Source: Candidatus Latescibacterota bacterium (GTDB taxonomy: Bacteria > Latescibacterota > UBA2968 > UBA8231). Taken from it: a stretch of 64,000 nucleotides of DNA. Made by a program: the position numbers and the translations under genes. Numbering within the stretch: the first letter of the stretch is position 1; every line of letters starts with the position of its first letter. Location of the stretch: NCBI GenBank assembly GCA_965205655.1, contig CBDBIJ010000091.1, forward strand, positions 1 through 64,000. The letters run 5' to 3'. Below are positions 19,580 to 28,701 of the stretch, piece by piece. Under the pieces are notes generated by a model. That model was not told where the DNA came from. It made no database searches and saw only the letters and a list, made by a program, of their open reading frames with translations.

Positions 19580-20977
19580 TTAGCGATCGACGCCGTCCGG
19601 CGCGATGGGGTCTGCCTCTCTTCTCTTGCGCGCCACGAAGGTGTGAAAACGGTCCTCCTCCACCGACACCAGCTGTTGATGCCTGGCTCGCAACTCCTCC
19701 AGGTAGGTCTCGAACAGAGGGGCGGCTCGCTCTTCCCGGAGGTCGCGGAGCACCCTGGATTGGACCAGCGCTGCTCCCCTGGAGTCGAACAGCTCCCCGG
19801 CGTAGCGCTCCCTGTTGCGCTCGAAGTAATCCTGTATCTCCGCTCCGGTGACAGGGATCTGACTCAGCCCGTCGCGGGACCACAGGGCATCGATCGCCTT
19901 CTGTTCCCTCACCGCCTGCCGCTGCTCGGCCAGGCGGCTGTGCAGACCCTTTTCCCTGGCCTCTTTGTCGAGGAGCTGATCCAGCACATACGTGCGTCGG
20001 ATGCGTAGAGCGAGGGACGTGGCCTGGTCGGAAACGGTCAGTTCCTCAACAGGGTGGCGGAGATAGTCGCCAACCGTCCACTCACCGAGGGCGCTGCGCA
20101 CCAGCGGGAGCGCGGGATCCACTTCCGCGGGGTCGGAGGCCACCAGCAATCGGTGGACCGCGGAGCTGTCGAGATCCACGTCGTATTTGCTCATGAGCGA
20201 TTCCAGATACGCCAGGCTTGCATCAAAGTGTGTCTGCCGCTCGATCGCCAGCTCAGCGAGGCCGCGGCGCTCCTGCAGCGAAACGGTGCGCTCTTCCAGA
20301 GCCACGATCAGGACGTAGCGCCCCTCCGTCTCGACGAGTTCAGCCGCACCGGTCCCCTGCTGGAAAAGGGGAAGAAGGCGCGGCTCTCTCACCGTCAGTG
20401 GATTGAGCCAGCGCATATCGCCGCCGCCCGCATCCGCTCGCGGGGACCGTGAGGAAGGAAGGGCGTGGAGCTTTGCAAAGCTCATCCCGTCTCTGGCCCG
20501 CTCGAGAGCGTCCAGGGCCTCGGCGCGGTCCGCAAAGACCAAGCGACCGATACGCAGCTCGCGACCGGCACCCGACTTCGAAAAGAATTCCCTGAGCTCC
20601 TCTTCACCCCACTGGAGCGCGGCGCCCATCTCCAATTCGATGAGACTGTCGATGAGGCGGTTGGTCTCCCACGCCTCGGCCTCGCGCACCACCTCCGGGC
20701 CGTCGTACAGGCCCCGCTCCCGCGCTTCCAGGAGCAACAGCTGCCTGTCGACGAGCAGCTGAAACCGTGCTCGCCATTCCTCCAGAGTCGAAGCCGGGGA
20801 GCCGCCGCCCTCCAGCTTCTGCAGGGCGGCGGCAAAATCGGCATCGGTGATTTCCACCGTGTCCACGTGGGCGAGGATGATTGGCTCCCGCGGGCGATCC
20901 GTCGTGCTCGCGCCACACCCCGCCCACTGCAGCGCGGCGACGCCTACGAGCGTCCCGAGGATCCCACCACCGGCCAT
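19580..20977 (-). CDS. SurA/PrsA-like foldase lipoprotein (degenerate parvulin PPIase)
   Basis: Lipobox WAGC; LLVDRQLLLLEARERGL; GMSFAKL...GGGDMRW; VTGAEIQDYFERNRERY. Confidence 0.8.
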   Translation of the reverse strand: MAGGGILGTLVGVAALQWAGCGASTTDRPREPIILAHVDTVEITDADFAAALQKLEGGGSPASTLEEWRARFQLLVDRQLLLLEARERGLYDGPEVVREAEAWETNRLIDSLIELEMGAALQWGEEELREFFSKSGAGRELRIGRLVFADRAEALDALERARDGMSFAKLHALPSSRSPRADAGGGDMRWLNPLTVREPRLLPLFQQGTGAAELVETEGRYVLIVALEERTVSLQERRGLAELAIERQTHFDASLAYLESLMSKYDVDLDSSAVHRLLVASDPAEVDPALPLVRSALGEWTVGDYLRHPVEELTVSDQATSLALRIRRTYVLDQLLDKEAREKGLHSRLAEQRQAVREQKAIDALWSRDGLSQIPVTGAEIQDYFERNRERYAGELFDSRGAALVQSRVLRDLREERAAPLFETYLEELRARHQQLVSVEEDRFHTFVARKRREADPIAPDGVDR

Positions 20978-21000
20978 TCGCCTATGAAGGCGCGAATTAC

Positions 21001-23621
21001 TCAGTACAGATAACCTCGGCGCTGGGTCGGTCTGCCGCCCTGTCTCTCCTGCTCGAGCCCGGCAAAGACCTCCACAAAGGCGATGGTATTGCTCACGTCA
21101 AAATCCGTCAGATTGTCGAAATTGATGTCGTTTACCTGGAATCCGACGTTGGCGATGATATCGTATCCCAGGTACTCCACCCTGTTGGAATGCTGAGCAG
21201 TGAAGACCTTGCCGACGAAGTCGTCTACGTACTCCGGCGACACGGGGTCGGGGATGGGTTCGGAGTTCCAGAACAGCACGCCTTCGACGCCCACCTCGAT
21301 GCTGCTGTGGCTGAGCAGGGGGAACATGCCGCTCAACGACAGGATCTGGCTCAGCTCATTTATATCAAGCTGCGACGCGTGGGACGGGGTCCGCTTGCGC
21401 CACATGCTCTTCCATCTCGGAGTCACGATGATGCCATCCCCAACTTCGAACGGGCGATCCGCCTTGTTGATCAGACCGAGAAAGAAGCTGTTGTCGAGCC
21501 TGTCAGCTTCGTCACCTCGCTGACGGAAGTGATCGAGGCGCAGCTTGTTCCTCACTGTCAGGTTGCCCGCGACGTAGGTGTGGCCGACAAAGCCCTCGTT
21601 GACGACGGTGTCCCTGCTGATCGAGGGATCGCTGAAGGGCCTGAGACCTCCGGACGAGCCGGGCCGCTGAGCCCACAGGACGACATCGTCGTCGATGTCA
21701 TCCGAGACAGACTTGAGCATGTGAAACAGCTCGATCAGACCAAGGCGCGGGTGATCCCTGGAGAGGGAGACGAGGGAATACCACATCTTGCTGCGAGCCT
21801 CACCGGCGGGGATCCACTCGCGAGAGCGGCCAACCGTCACATTGACACCGGGGTAGATTTCGCTCCCTCCGTACACGTTGTAGCCGCGGTGGCCTTTCTT
21901 GTACGGGTAATCGGCGTCCAAGTCGTTTTCGAACCGATCCACGACCGAGTTGTTGTTCATGTCCACGCCGAAGAGAAAGTCGGGCGGGTCTACATAATGT
22001 CGTAGGAACGGCTCGTCGTAATCCGGAGTGAGGTTCTGGTTCTCATTGAAGTCCGAGATCAAGTCGTTGTTTTCGTCGAATCCGGGGAAGATGCTGATGT
22101 CGGCGGTGCCGCCGCCGGCGCGGGCCCAGTCCACTTCGCGATCCTGGTCGTCGTTGTCGTCGACGTACTCATACCAGTTCCGTCGCGAGTCCGAGTAGTC
22201 CACGGAGTTGTTCAAAGCGTTCGTGATATACCCGCGGGTAGTATAGTCGTGCTCCATCCCGAAGACTTCCCCGTACCCGAAGAGACGACCGCTGCGCTTG
22301 GTGACGTTGAGGAAGAAGGCGTCAGCGGTACGCTCGCTCTTATGCAGATCGCTCAACTTCGCAAAATTGATGTTCGGATACCGATAGTACTGGGTGTTTC
22401 TGGCGAACTCGCCGCGAAGTTGAAACCCGAGCACGTCCTCCACTTCGAGGGTTACGCTGCCGATCTGATTGGCCGATGGTACGCCGTAGTGGAAGCTGAC
22501 CAGTCGCTGATTCGTGTTGTCCCGCACGTTGCCGCTGGCACGGGTCACCGGCAGGAAGATGGGGCTGATCACCTGCGTTCACCTGAAGGTTGGAGGTGAC
22601 ATCAACCCGATAGTCGTTGGACAGCACGAGGTCGAAGCGGACCTTTTCGACACCCAGAGGATCGGGGACCGGGAACCTCAGCTCGATCGGGGCTTCCGAA
22701 ACCGCTTCCAGGAATCCCTCTCTGAGGCGGCCGCCCGAGACGAATGGCTCCACGGCCGAGAGTTCCCCATCGACAATCATCTCTGAGAAGAAATAGAGCG
22801 CCCCGGAACCGTCCCCGGGCGAATCGTCCGTAATTCGGATAATGACTTCGTTGACGTTGCCCGAGTTCATCTTGGCGGGCAACAAGCCGGCCAGCGATGT
22901 CTCGGAGAAGTCGCTGCGGCTGGAGCCGAAGTGGGTGTTCACGAAAGCGACGCCGAGCTCGACGAAGTCCCCGAGCTGGGCCGTGCTCCGCAACCCGATC
23001 AGGTTTGTGTAATCCTGGCGCGGGTCGAGCCTCGTCTCACTCGAAGCCAGGAATAGGCTCGCTGACGCGCGAGAGCAGCACCGTGCCATTGTACTTGTCG
23101 GAGGCGACATCCCACTGGATGCCGTTGAACCGGGCGCGACTGAAGGTCAATGGCGTGAGTGTAGTCCGGATCTCATCTCCGATAGTAAGAGCCGTGTGGT
23201 ACTGGCCTTTCGAATCGGAGGCCACTATCACCTTGCTGAACCAGTTGTTGTACCGCGCCTCCTTCAGCACCGTGCTGCCGAAGGACCGCGGCTGCTGCTG
23301 GCGCCAATCGTAGATCTGCCAACCCCGGGTAAGCCAGTTCCCGAAGATGTCGTACTTCCCGCGGCCCTCCAGCTCCGTGCTCACATATCGCTCGAAGGTA
23401 TCCCGGCCGTAGTTGGTGTAGTTGTAGCCACCCCACTGGTAGTAATTGTAGAGATCGTGGGGCACATACCATTTGCGCAACGTGGGAATGAGCGGGTCAT
23501 ACCCCTCGATCCGCACCTGCGAGGTGGCTCCCCTCTCCCTGCCGGGCGTAGCCGCCAAAAGGCCGGAGGCCCAGCAGCTGATGCAGATCAAAACCATCCA
23601 GCAGATCGTTCGGTGGCGCAT
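21001..23621 (-). pseudogene. Large secreted/probable outer-membrane protein (~872 aa if corrected) split by two +1 frameshifts; pseudogene or assembly error
   Basis: ORFs 23037-23621, 22340-23110 and 21001-22572 read as one protein if one base is removed at ~23040 and one at the G4 run 22561-22564. (2621-2)/3 = 873 codons. Only the first piece has a signal peptide. Confidence 0.8.
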
Positions 23622-23635
23622 GATTTCTCTCTTTC

Positions 23636-25444
23636 TCAGTAGGCCACGGCCACGAGGCGGACAAGAGTCTCGTCGCCTTCATCGGTCTCGACCTCGACCC
23701 GAAGCAGGTACAACCCCGGAGGGACGAGATCTTGCGCATCGTCTCTTCCGTCCCAGGTCAGCGTCATTGGTCCAGATAGACCCAAGTCATTGTGTATCTC
23801 GCTGACCTGCAGTCCCGCCAAATCGTGTACGACAGCCCTCGTCCTGACGTGATTCGTGGCCTTCAGCAGAATGTACTCCAGGCTCACCGCATCGTTGGCG
23901 CCATCGCCATTCGGAGTCAGGACCGGAGAGGATAGCCGGACGCGGGCGATGAGGGGGTCCTCGACGCCCGCCTTCACTACGAGGGCATCGCCGTCAAGAG
24001 CCTCATTGGCGTCACCGGCGACGACGTACTGTGGGAACCCATCGTACTGGCTGTCGACTACCTGGCCTCGAAACTCGGTGCCAGCCACGGTAAGCAGCGC
24101 TTCGAAGTCCACTTCTACCATCTGGCCCGAGGCTTCCACCCGGTCGCCCTCAAACGCGACTGCAAGCTGATTCGATGCGGCAATCCAGGTCGGATCGAAT
24201 TGGACGGAAGCTCCGTCGACGCGCACAGCGGTTGCTCGAGCCTCAAAAGGGGTTGTGATGAAAACGGTGTCAAAGCCCGGTTGGCCAGATGAAAGCACGG
24301 ATCGAAGGTGGTAGGTGAAGGCGGTCGTGTCACCGAGCACGGCCTCGGCGGGCGAGATTTCACCGACAACGGAATCTGCGATAGCCGGGACCGAGTACAG
24401 AATGGTCAATGAATCGACGACGGCCCTGTCGCGAACCCCGTTCGAGCTGAAGTCGAGATCGAACTGCACCCACTGCCTCGCGTCCGGCGAGTCGAACGGC
24501 CCCTCGAGGTAGGGGTACGAAGGGCTCCAGGGGCTCCAGTCGCGGTTGTTTACCACACTGAAACTCCGGAACGAGCGAAGCTGGCCGGACGGGACCTCAT
24601 CCCTGGTGATTTCCCTCACCTGGCCGGCAATACCGGTTGGCATGAAAAAGAGGGAGTCGTCGGCTGCGGACCCGGATTTGGTGCGCAACGTGACACGCGC
24701 CGCGGGATCGATACGGGAGTGGACCTGCATCGGTCCGAAATTCGCCGGCTCCTGCAGGTCGAGGACTTCGCTCACATAGCTCGCGGTGCGCGTTACGCCG
24801 ATGCCGTACACCTCCATATCCCCCATGAGAAAGAAGCCCTGATCAGTGGTGCTGCGTAACCTGAGGAAACGGATTCGCTCGACGGGGAACTGAAGATCCA
24901 GCTCTATGTCCGAGTGGTTGGGGTCAGCAGCAAACAGGGTATACACAGGGTCCGAACCTCTGAAATTGCTGCCGTTGCTGACGTACAACTCGTAACCCCG
25001 GAGGGACAGAGAGCCGAGGTCTATGAAGCGTTCGAAGGATTGCCAATTCGGGTCATTGGGGTCGCTGCCGCGCAGGAGACGTATGCGATGCAGAAAGTAG
25101 GTTCCCTTCAGGTCGATTTCGAGCTCCGCCCCCTTGGTGTGGACCCACACCCGCCATCCGGTTCCGTAGTCACCGTCGGTGAGGTCGGCCATGATAGATC
25201 CCTCGTCCACCGCCGCGGTCACCGAGGTCACGGCCTTTCCGCCGGTTCCCGGCAACAGGTTCTTCGTGCTGTCCAACTCCACGGGAGACAGGCGGTTGCC
25301 GGCTGTTGATAGGCCCTTCAAAACGAGATCGTGATCTGTCCAGGTCCGACCGGACCCGCCGAATTTGAGGGTCGAGACTCTAGCCGCCACTCCGCCAGAG
25401 GATATCGCCAAGGCAGCCAGAATCAGGATCAAGATTCGCGTCAT
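23636..25444 (-). CDS. Secreted discoidin-like/Ig protein with FlgD-Ig/CHU_C-type C-terminal domain
   Basis: Signal peptide; DGDYGTGW...IDL...EVYG; WSPWS; GEISP; LTPNGDGAND...WDGRDD...VPPGLYLL...VAVAY. Confidence 0.85.
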   Translation of the reverse strand: MTRILILILAALAISSGGVAARVSTLKFGGSGRTWTDHDLVLKGLSTAGNRLSPVELDSTKNLLPGTGGKAVTSVTAAVDEGSIMADLTDGDYGTGWRVWVHTKGAELEIDLKGTYFLHRIRLLRGSDPNDPNWQSFERFIDLGSLSLRGYELYVSNGSNFRGSDPVYTLFAADPNHSDIELDLQFPVERIRFLRLRSTTDQGFFLMGDMEVYGIGVTRTASYVSEVLDLQEPANFGPMQVHSRIDPAARVTLRTKSGSAADDSLFFMPTGIAGQVREITRDEVPSGQLRSFRSFSVVNNRDWSPWSPSYPYLEGPFDSPDARQWVQFDLDFSSNGVRDRAVVDSLTILYSVPAIADSVVGEISPAEAVLGDTTAFTYHLRSVLSSGQPGFDTVFITTPFEARATAVRVDGASVQFDPTWIAASNQLAVAFEGDRVEASGQMVEVDFEALLTVAGTEFRGQVVDSQYDGFPQYVVAGDANEALDGDALVVKAGVEDPLIARVRLSSPVLTPNGDGANDAVSLEYILLKATNHVRTRAVVHDLAGLQVSEIHNDLGLSGPMTLTWDGRDDAQDLVPPGLYLLRVEVETDEGDETLVRLVAVAY

Positions 25445-27522
25445 CAGTAGGCCAGGCGCACGAGCCGAGTCTGTGTTTCGGAGCCGGTATCTGTCGAAAC
25501 CGAGAGCCGAAGCAGGTAGAGCCCGGGAGGCACGAGCCGCTCATGGTCATCGCGGCCGTCCCAGGAGTCGAGCGAGGTTGACGCGGGACCGTTGGGCTGA
25601 TCGGCCTGCAATTGGCGCACCCGCCGGCCGGTTAGATTGTGAAGTGTCAGCTCCACGGGTACGGCGGCCAACGCCTTCATGAGGACGTAGGTGATCGTCA
25701 GCTCGTCGTTGATTCCATCTCCGTTCGGGGTGAATACGGCAGGCTCGACCTGAAGATCCTTCAGCAAGGTCCGCAGCAATTCTCCGTGGATGGAGAGTCT
25801 ATCCGCGTCGGAGTCCGCTGTGGCGTCGCCGGGCAGCACCTCCTGGCCGAACTCTCCCCTTCCAAAGTCGAAAATCCGACCGGAGAACCTGGTTCCGAAA
25901 ACGGTGACGAGACCGCGGAAGCGGACCTTCAGGACCTGGTCCGAACTCTGGATGCGGCGCTCCATGAGCCGCACGGTCAAGCTGTTGGGATCGTCGAGGC
26001 CGATTTCCTCGAATTGATCCGGCGGTACCGTCTCTCCGTCCAGCTCGACGGATTCGAGAATTGCCGGGAATGGAGTCGTGATGCGAATGGCGTCCAGTCC
26101 CGGAACGCCTCCCGGCTCCACCAGAATCTGATACTCATACGACACCGCGGACTCTCTTTCCGGGTCAGTGAAAGAGGCATCGCTGACGTCTTCTATCCGC
26201 GCGATCACCTCGAACCGGCCGTCGTCGACGGGCCGTCGCTCGACTCGATACGCCCCGAAACTGGCGCCCGAGAATGGACTCCACCGCAAGTTAGCCGAGG
26301 TACCCTGAGCCCCGATCTGGACGGCGAGCAATGGCGCTTCGATGGCGAACTCCGGACGGATGAAGTAGTCGAAAGTCTGCTCCTGTCCCAGGACGACGGT
26401 GGCGGGGATGATCTCACCCACCACGCCCCCCCCGGCCAGCGACGGGGTGGAGAATTCGATCTCGAAGGACTCGACGGCCGCGGTCTGGCGAACGTGACCG
26501 GAAGTGAAGAGGAGACGAAACTGGACAAATTGCCTGTTGCCAGCAGATCGGAACTGGTCCGACAGGTCGCCGGAGGGAGCCGACCAGCGACTCCAGTCCT
26601 CCAGGTTGTCCCGCTCCACACGGTCATCGGAATTGAGCGTGGCGAATATCGCGGCGGCTTGCGGAAAACCCACAGGTTGGATCGGCTCTTCCGTTATTCC
26701 GCCTGCCCGGAGGTCTTCGACCTTCCGGTAATAGATGTGCGGGTCGAGCACCGAACCAGTACGGGTCTGTAGCACGACGTCGGTCTCGGGATCCCGCAGC
26801 ACCGACGCAAACATGTCGCCGAAGTTCGCCGGTTCCTTCAGATCTCTGATCTGCGAGGTGAACTGACCGGTTGGCGCGAAGCCGTCTCCAAAGACCTCCA
26901 ACTCAGTGATGGTGAAGATCTTCTCAGCGCGGTTTTCCAGTTTGATGAACCTCACGTACTGCAAAGGGAAGGCCATATCGATGACGGGGGAGTCCTCATC
27001 GGCACTTGAGAGCTTCGGATCCCCGAAGTCGATCGGGAGATCATGGCGCAGCCTTTCCGGATCGCCGTCGTGCAGGAACAGTTCCCACGCACGCATGAAG
27101 CTCTCCTCTTTGCCGCTGACAATGATCCGTTCGATCGGCAGAATCGCTCCCAGGTCGATGCGCACGGAAAACCCGGTAAAGTCCGTCCGCTTTGCCGGGG
27201 GCTGCCAGGAGGTGGCGTGGTTGTCATCGGTCAGCGGAAGGATGAGATTGGCGTGTTTGTCCTGCGCTGCGAAAATATGTCCGCCGCGCTCTTTGATGTC
27301 AGATAGAGCGTCCCTGGCAGGATCCACTCGCGACAGTCTCAGGACGCCGTTCACAGTAGAGACCCCCTCAAGCTCGCCGATATCCTCCCAATCGATACCG
27401 CCAACACCGATGCGCAAGATGTCGGCAGCCGCCACCGGGCCAACGCCAAGGGGGAGGCAGACCGCAGCCGACGAGATCAATACGATCAGGATCGACATGA
27501 CTGGATCGCGGTTGCGAGTCAT
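25444..27522 (-). CDS. Secreted discoidin-like/Ig protein with an extra FN3-like insert and FlgD-Ig/CHU_C-type C-terminal domain
   Basis: Same architecture as its neighbour plus LRWSP...YRVER...FTD...YEYQI; ends FTPNGDGINDE...WDGRDD...VRLAY. Confidence 0.85.
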   Translation of the reverse strand: MTRNRDPVMSILIVLISSAAVCLPLGVGPVAAADILRIGVGGIDWEDIGELEGVSTVNGVLRLSRVDPARDALSDIKERGGHIFAAQDKHANLILPLTDDNHATSWQPPAKRTDFTGFSVRIDLGAILPIERIIVSGKEESFMRAWELFLHDGDPERLRHDLPIDFGDPKLSSADEDSPVIDMAFPLQYVRFIKLENRAEKIFTITELEVFGDGFAPTGQFTSQIRDLKEPANFGDMFASVLRDPETDVVLQTRTGSVLDPHIYYRKVEDLRAGGITEEPIQPVGFPQAAAIFATLNSDDRVERDNLEDWSRWSAPSGDLSDQFRSAGNRQFVQFRLLFTSGHVRQTAAVESFEIEFSTPSLAGGGVVGEIIPATVVLGQEQTFDYFIRPEFAIEAPLLAVQIGAQGTSANLRWSPFSGASFGAYRVERRPVDDGRFEVIARIEDVSDASFTDPERESAVSYEYQILVEPGGVPGLDAIRITTPFPAILESVELDGETVPPDQFEEIGLDDPNSLTVRLMERRIQSSDQVLKVRFRGLVTVFGTRFSGRIFDFGRGEFGQEVLPGDATADSDADRLSIHGELLRTLLKDLQVEPAVFTPNGDGINDELTITYVLMKALAAVPVELTLHNLTGRRVRQLQADQPNGPASTSLDSWDGRDDHERLVPPGLYLLRLSVSTDTGSETQTRLVRLAY

Positions 27523-27548
27523 CTCTTCATCTTTGCACCAAAGCCAAG

Positions 27549-27582
27549 AAAAAAAGGGGAGGGGAATGGCTCCCCTCCCCTT
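27549..27582 (-). terminator. Rho-independent terminator after the CBM9-like gene
   Basis: Perfect 12-bp inverted repeat aaggggagggga/tcccctcccctt (27554-27565 / 27571-27582), followed by a U-tract on the minus strand (A run 27549-27555). Confidence 0.85.
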
Positions 27583-27623
27583 CGGGACTGAATGGAACTG
27601 CCGCCAGGTGGCGACGGGTTTCT

Positions 27624-28526
27624 CTACAGGCCTTGACCGGACAGGGCCTTGATCTGGCCCCAGGAGGTCGCCTGGACCGCCGTGGCTCCCGCTGGAACAG
27701 GAGTCAAGTAGACGTCCGGGATGCCGCCGTCATTGACGAAGGCCTCGGCCGTGGAAACGGCGAGCTGCCAGTAATTCTGGCCTTCCACTCCGCCTTCCCC
27801 GCCGCCCTGGTTGATGCCGGGATCGGCGTCAGAGATGAACTGCGCCAAGCCGGTGGTAAAATCGGGCGTCAGCGTAAAGACGGTGCTGGCGTCCGGGCCG
27901 TCGGTGGCATGCCAGGGGTCGAACAGACGGGCGTCCCACTCATAGGTGGTTTCCTCGCCAATTCGAGTGATTGCCCGGCGAAAGAATCCCGACGATGCCC
28001 ACCAGTGGTCCGGGCAATTCCCACTGCACTCACCGCGAAAGCTGGTGATCAGGGGAAAGAAAGCCGGATCCTGGCGGTTGCCAAAGCTGACCTGCATGGT
28101 GACGCGGTCGAGCTCCTCAGCGGCCTGGCCGTGGGGTCCACTGCCCTGATTGTCCGGATCGAAGATCAACTCCATGGAGTCTTCGAAGAAAGGACAGATG
28201 TTCAGGCCGAAGTCGACGATCTCAACATCGTCGTGGACTTCGCAGATGCCAGCCAGCTTGTTGGTGGCACCATCCCAGCCGTAGAGTATCTGGGCGAAGA
28301 AGTCGTCCGCATCGGTCGCCTCTCCCTTGACGACGAACATGTCATCGGAGGTGATCTCGAAGCCTGACCTGTTGGCCCAGCCCCAATCACCACTGCGGCC
28401 GTCGATGGTGGGAGTGCCACCCGGCGGGATTCCTATAGCAGAGTACAGGGGCACCTCTGCCGGCTCCTGGGCCACGGCGATCGTGGCAACCAGGGCTACT
28501 AACACAGCTGAAAAAAGCGTGCGCAT
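27624..28526 (-). CDS. Secreted CBM9/DOMON-like sugar-binding protein with SWGQIK tail
   Basis: Signal peptide; PTIDGRSGDW, YGWD...L...VHDD, EDSMELIFDPDN; strong RBS ggagga; ends TAVQATSWGQIKALSGQGL. Confidence 0.8.
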   Translation of the reverse strand: MRTLFSAVLVALVATIAVAQEPAEVPLYSAIGIPPGGTPTIDGRSGDWGWANRSGFEITSDDMFVVKGEATDADDFFAQILYGWDGATNKLAGICEVHDDVEIVDFGLNICPFFEDSMELIFDPDNQGSGPHGQAAEELDRVTMQVSFGNRQDPAFFPLITSFRGECSGNCPDHWWASSGFFRRAITRIGEETTYEWDARLFDPWHATDGPDASTVFTLTPDFTTGLAQFISDADPGINQGGGEGGVEGQNYWQLAVSTAEAFVNDGGIPDVYLTPVPAGATAVQATSWGQIKALSGQGL

Positions 28527-28552
28527 ACGCTTCCTCCTTCAGAAGGATGAAA

Positions 28553-28687
28553 CTTTGACGCGAGCCCGCGTCAAAGGTGGATTAAAAACAGCACCTATTT
28601 ATTAAAAACAGCACCTTAGGTACACCGAAATGATCGCACCGCTAACACCTAAGATGTCTAAAGTAACTCGTGTAACTTCGAAGTCAA
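28553..28687 (-). promoter_or_regulatory. Putative sigma70 promoter and structured 5' leader of the CBM9-like gene
   Basis: AT-rich island. Minus-strand TTGACT (28687-28682), 16 nt spacer, TACTTT (28665-28660). 16-bp direct repeat attaaaaacagcacct at 28581 and 28601. 10-bp hairpin ctttgacgcg/cgcgtcaaag at 28553-28576. Confidence 0.55.
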
Positions 28688-28701
28688 GCGATTTGTGCGC
28701 C

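Noticed and set aside
17953..19851. Long antisense ORFs (632 aa here; also 30-1001, 4307-5956, 13362-14858, 14774-16285, 28630-29913, 30866-32194, 51379-52815, 53956-55467, 63269-63901)
   Set aside because: Shadow ORFs typical of high-GC DNA. They lie opposite well-supported genes and have no recognisable motifs.
19548..19883. Possible frameshifted tail of the 19580-20977 foldase
   Set aside because: The annotated frame ends in a foldase-like C-terminus comparable to its paralogs, and the alternative frame is low-complexity Arg/Gly/Pro.
23037..23045. Selenocysteine/stop readthrough or programmed frameshift at the TGA
   Set aside because: The same frame after TGA is Arg/Pro-rich off-frame sequence, and I see no slippery heptamer or prfB-like CTT-TGA site. 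A plain indel explains it better.
28581..28616. CRISPR array
   Set aside because: Only two 16-bp units with a 4-bp spacer, and no cas genes.
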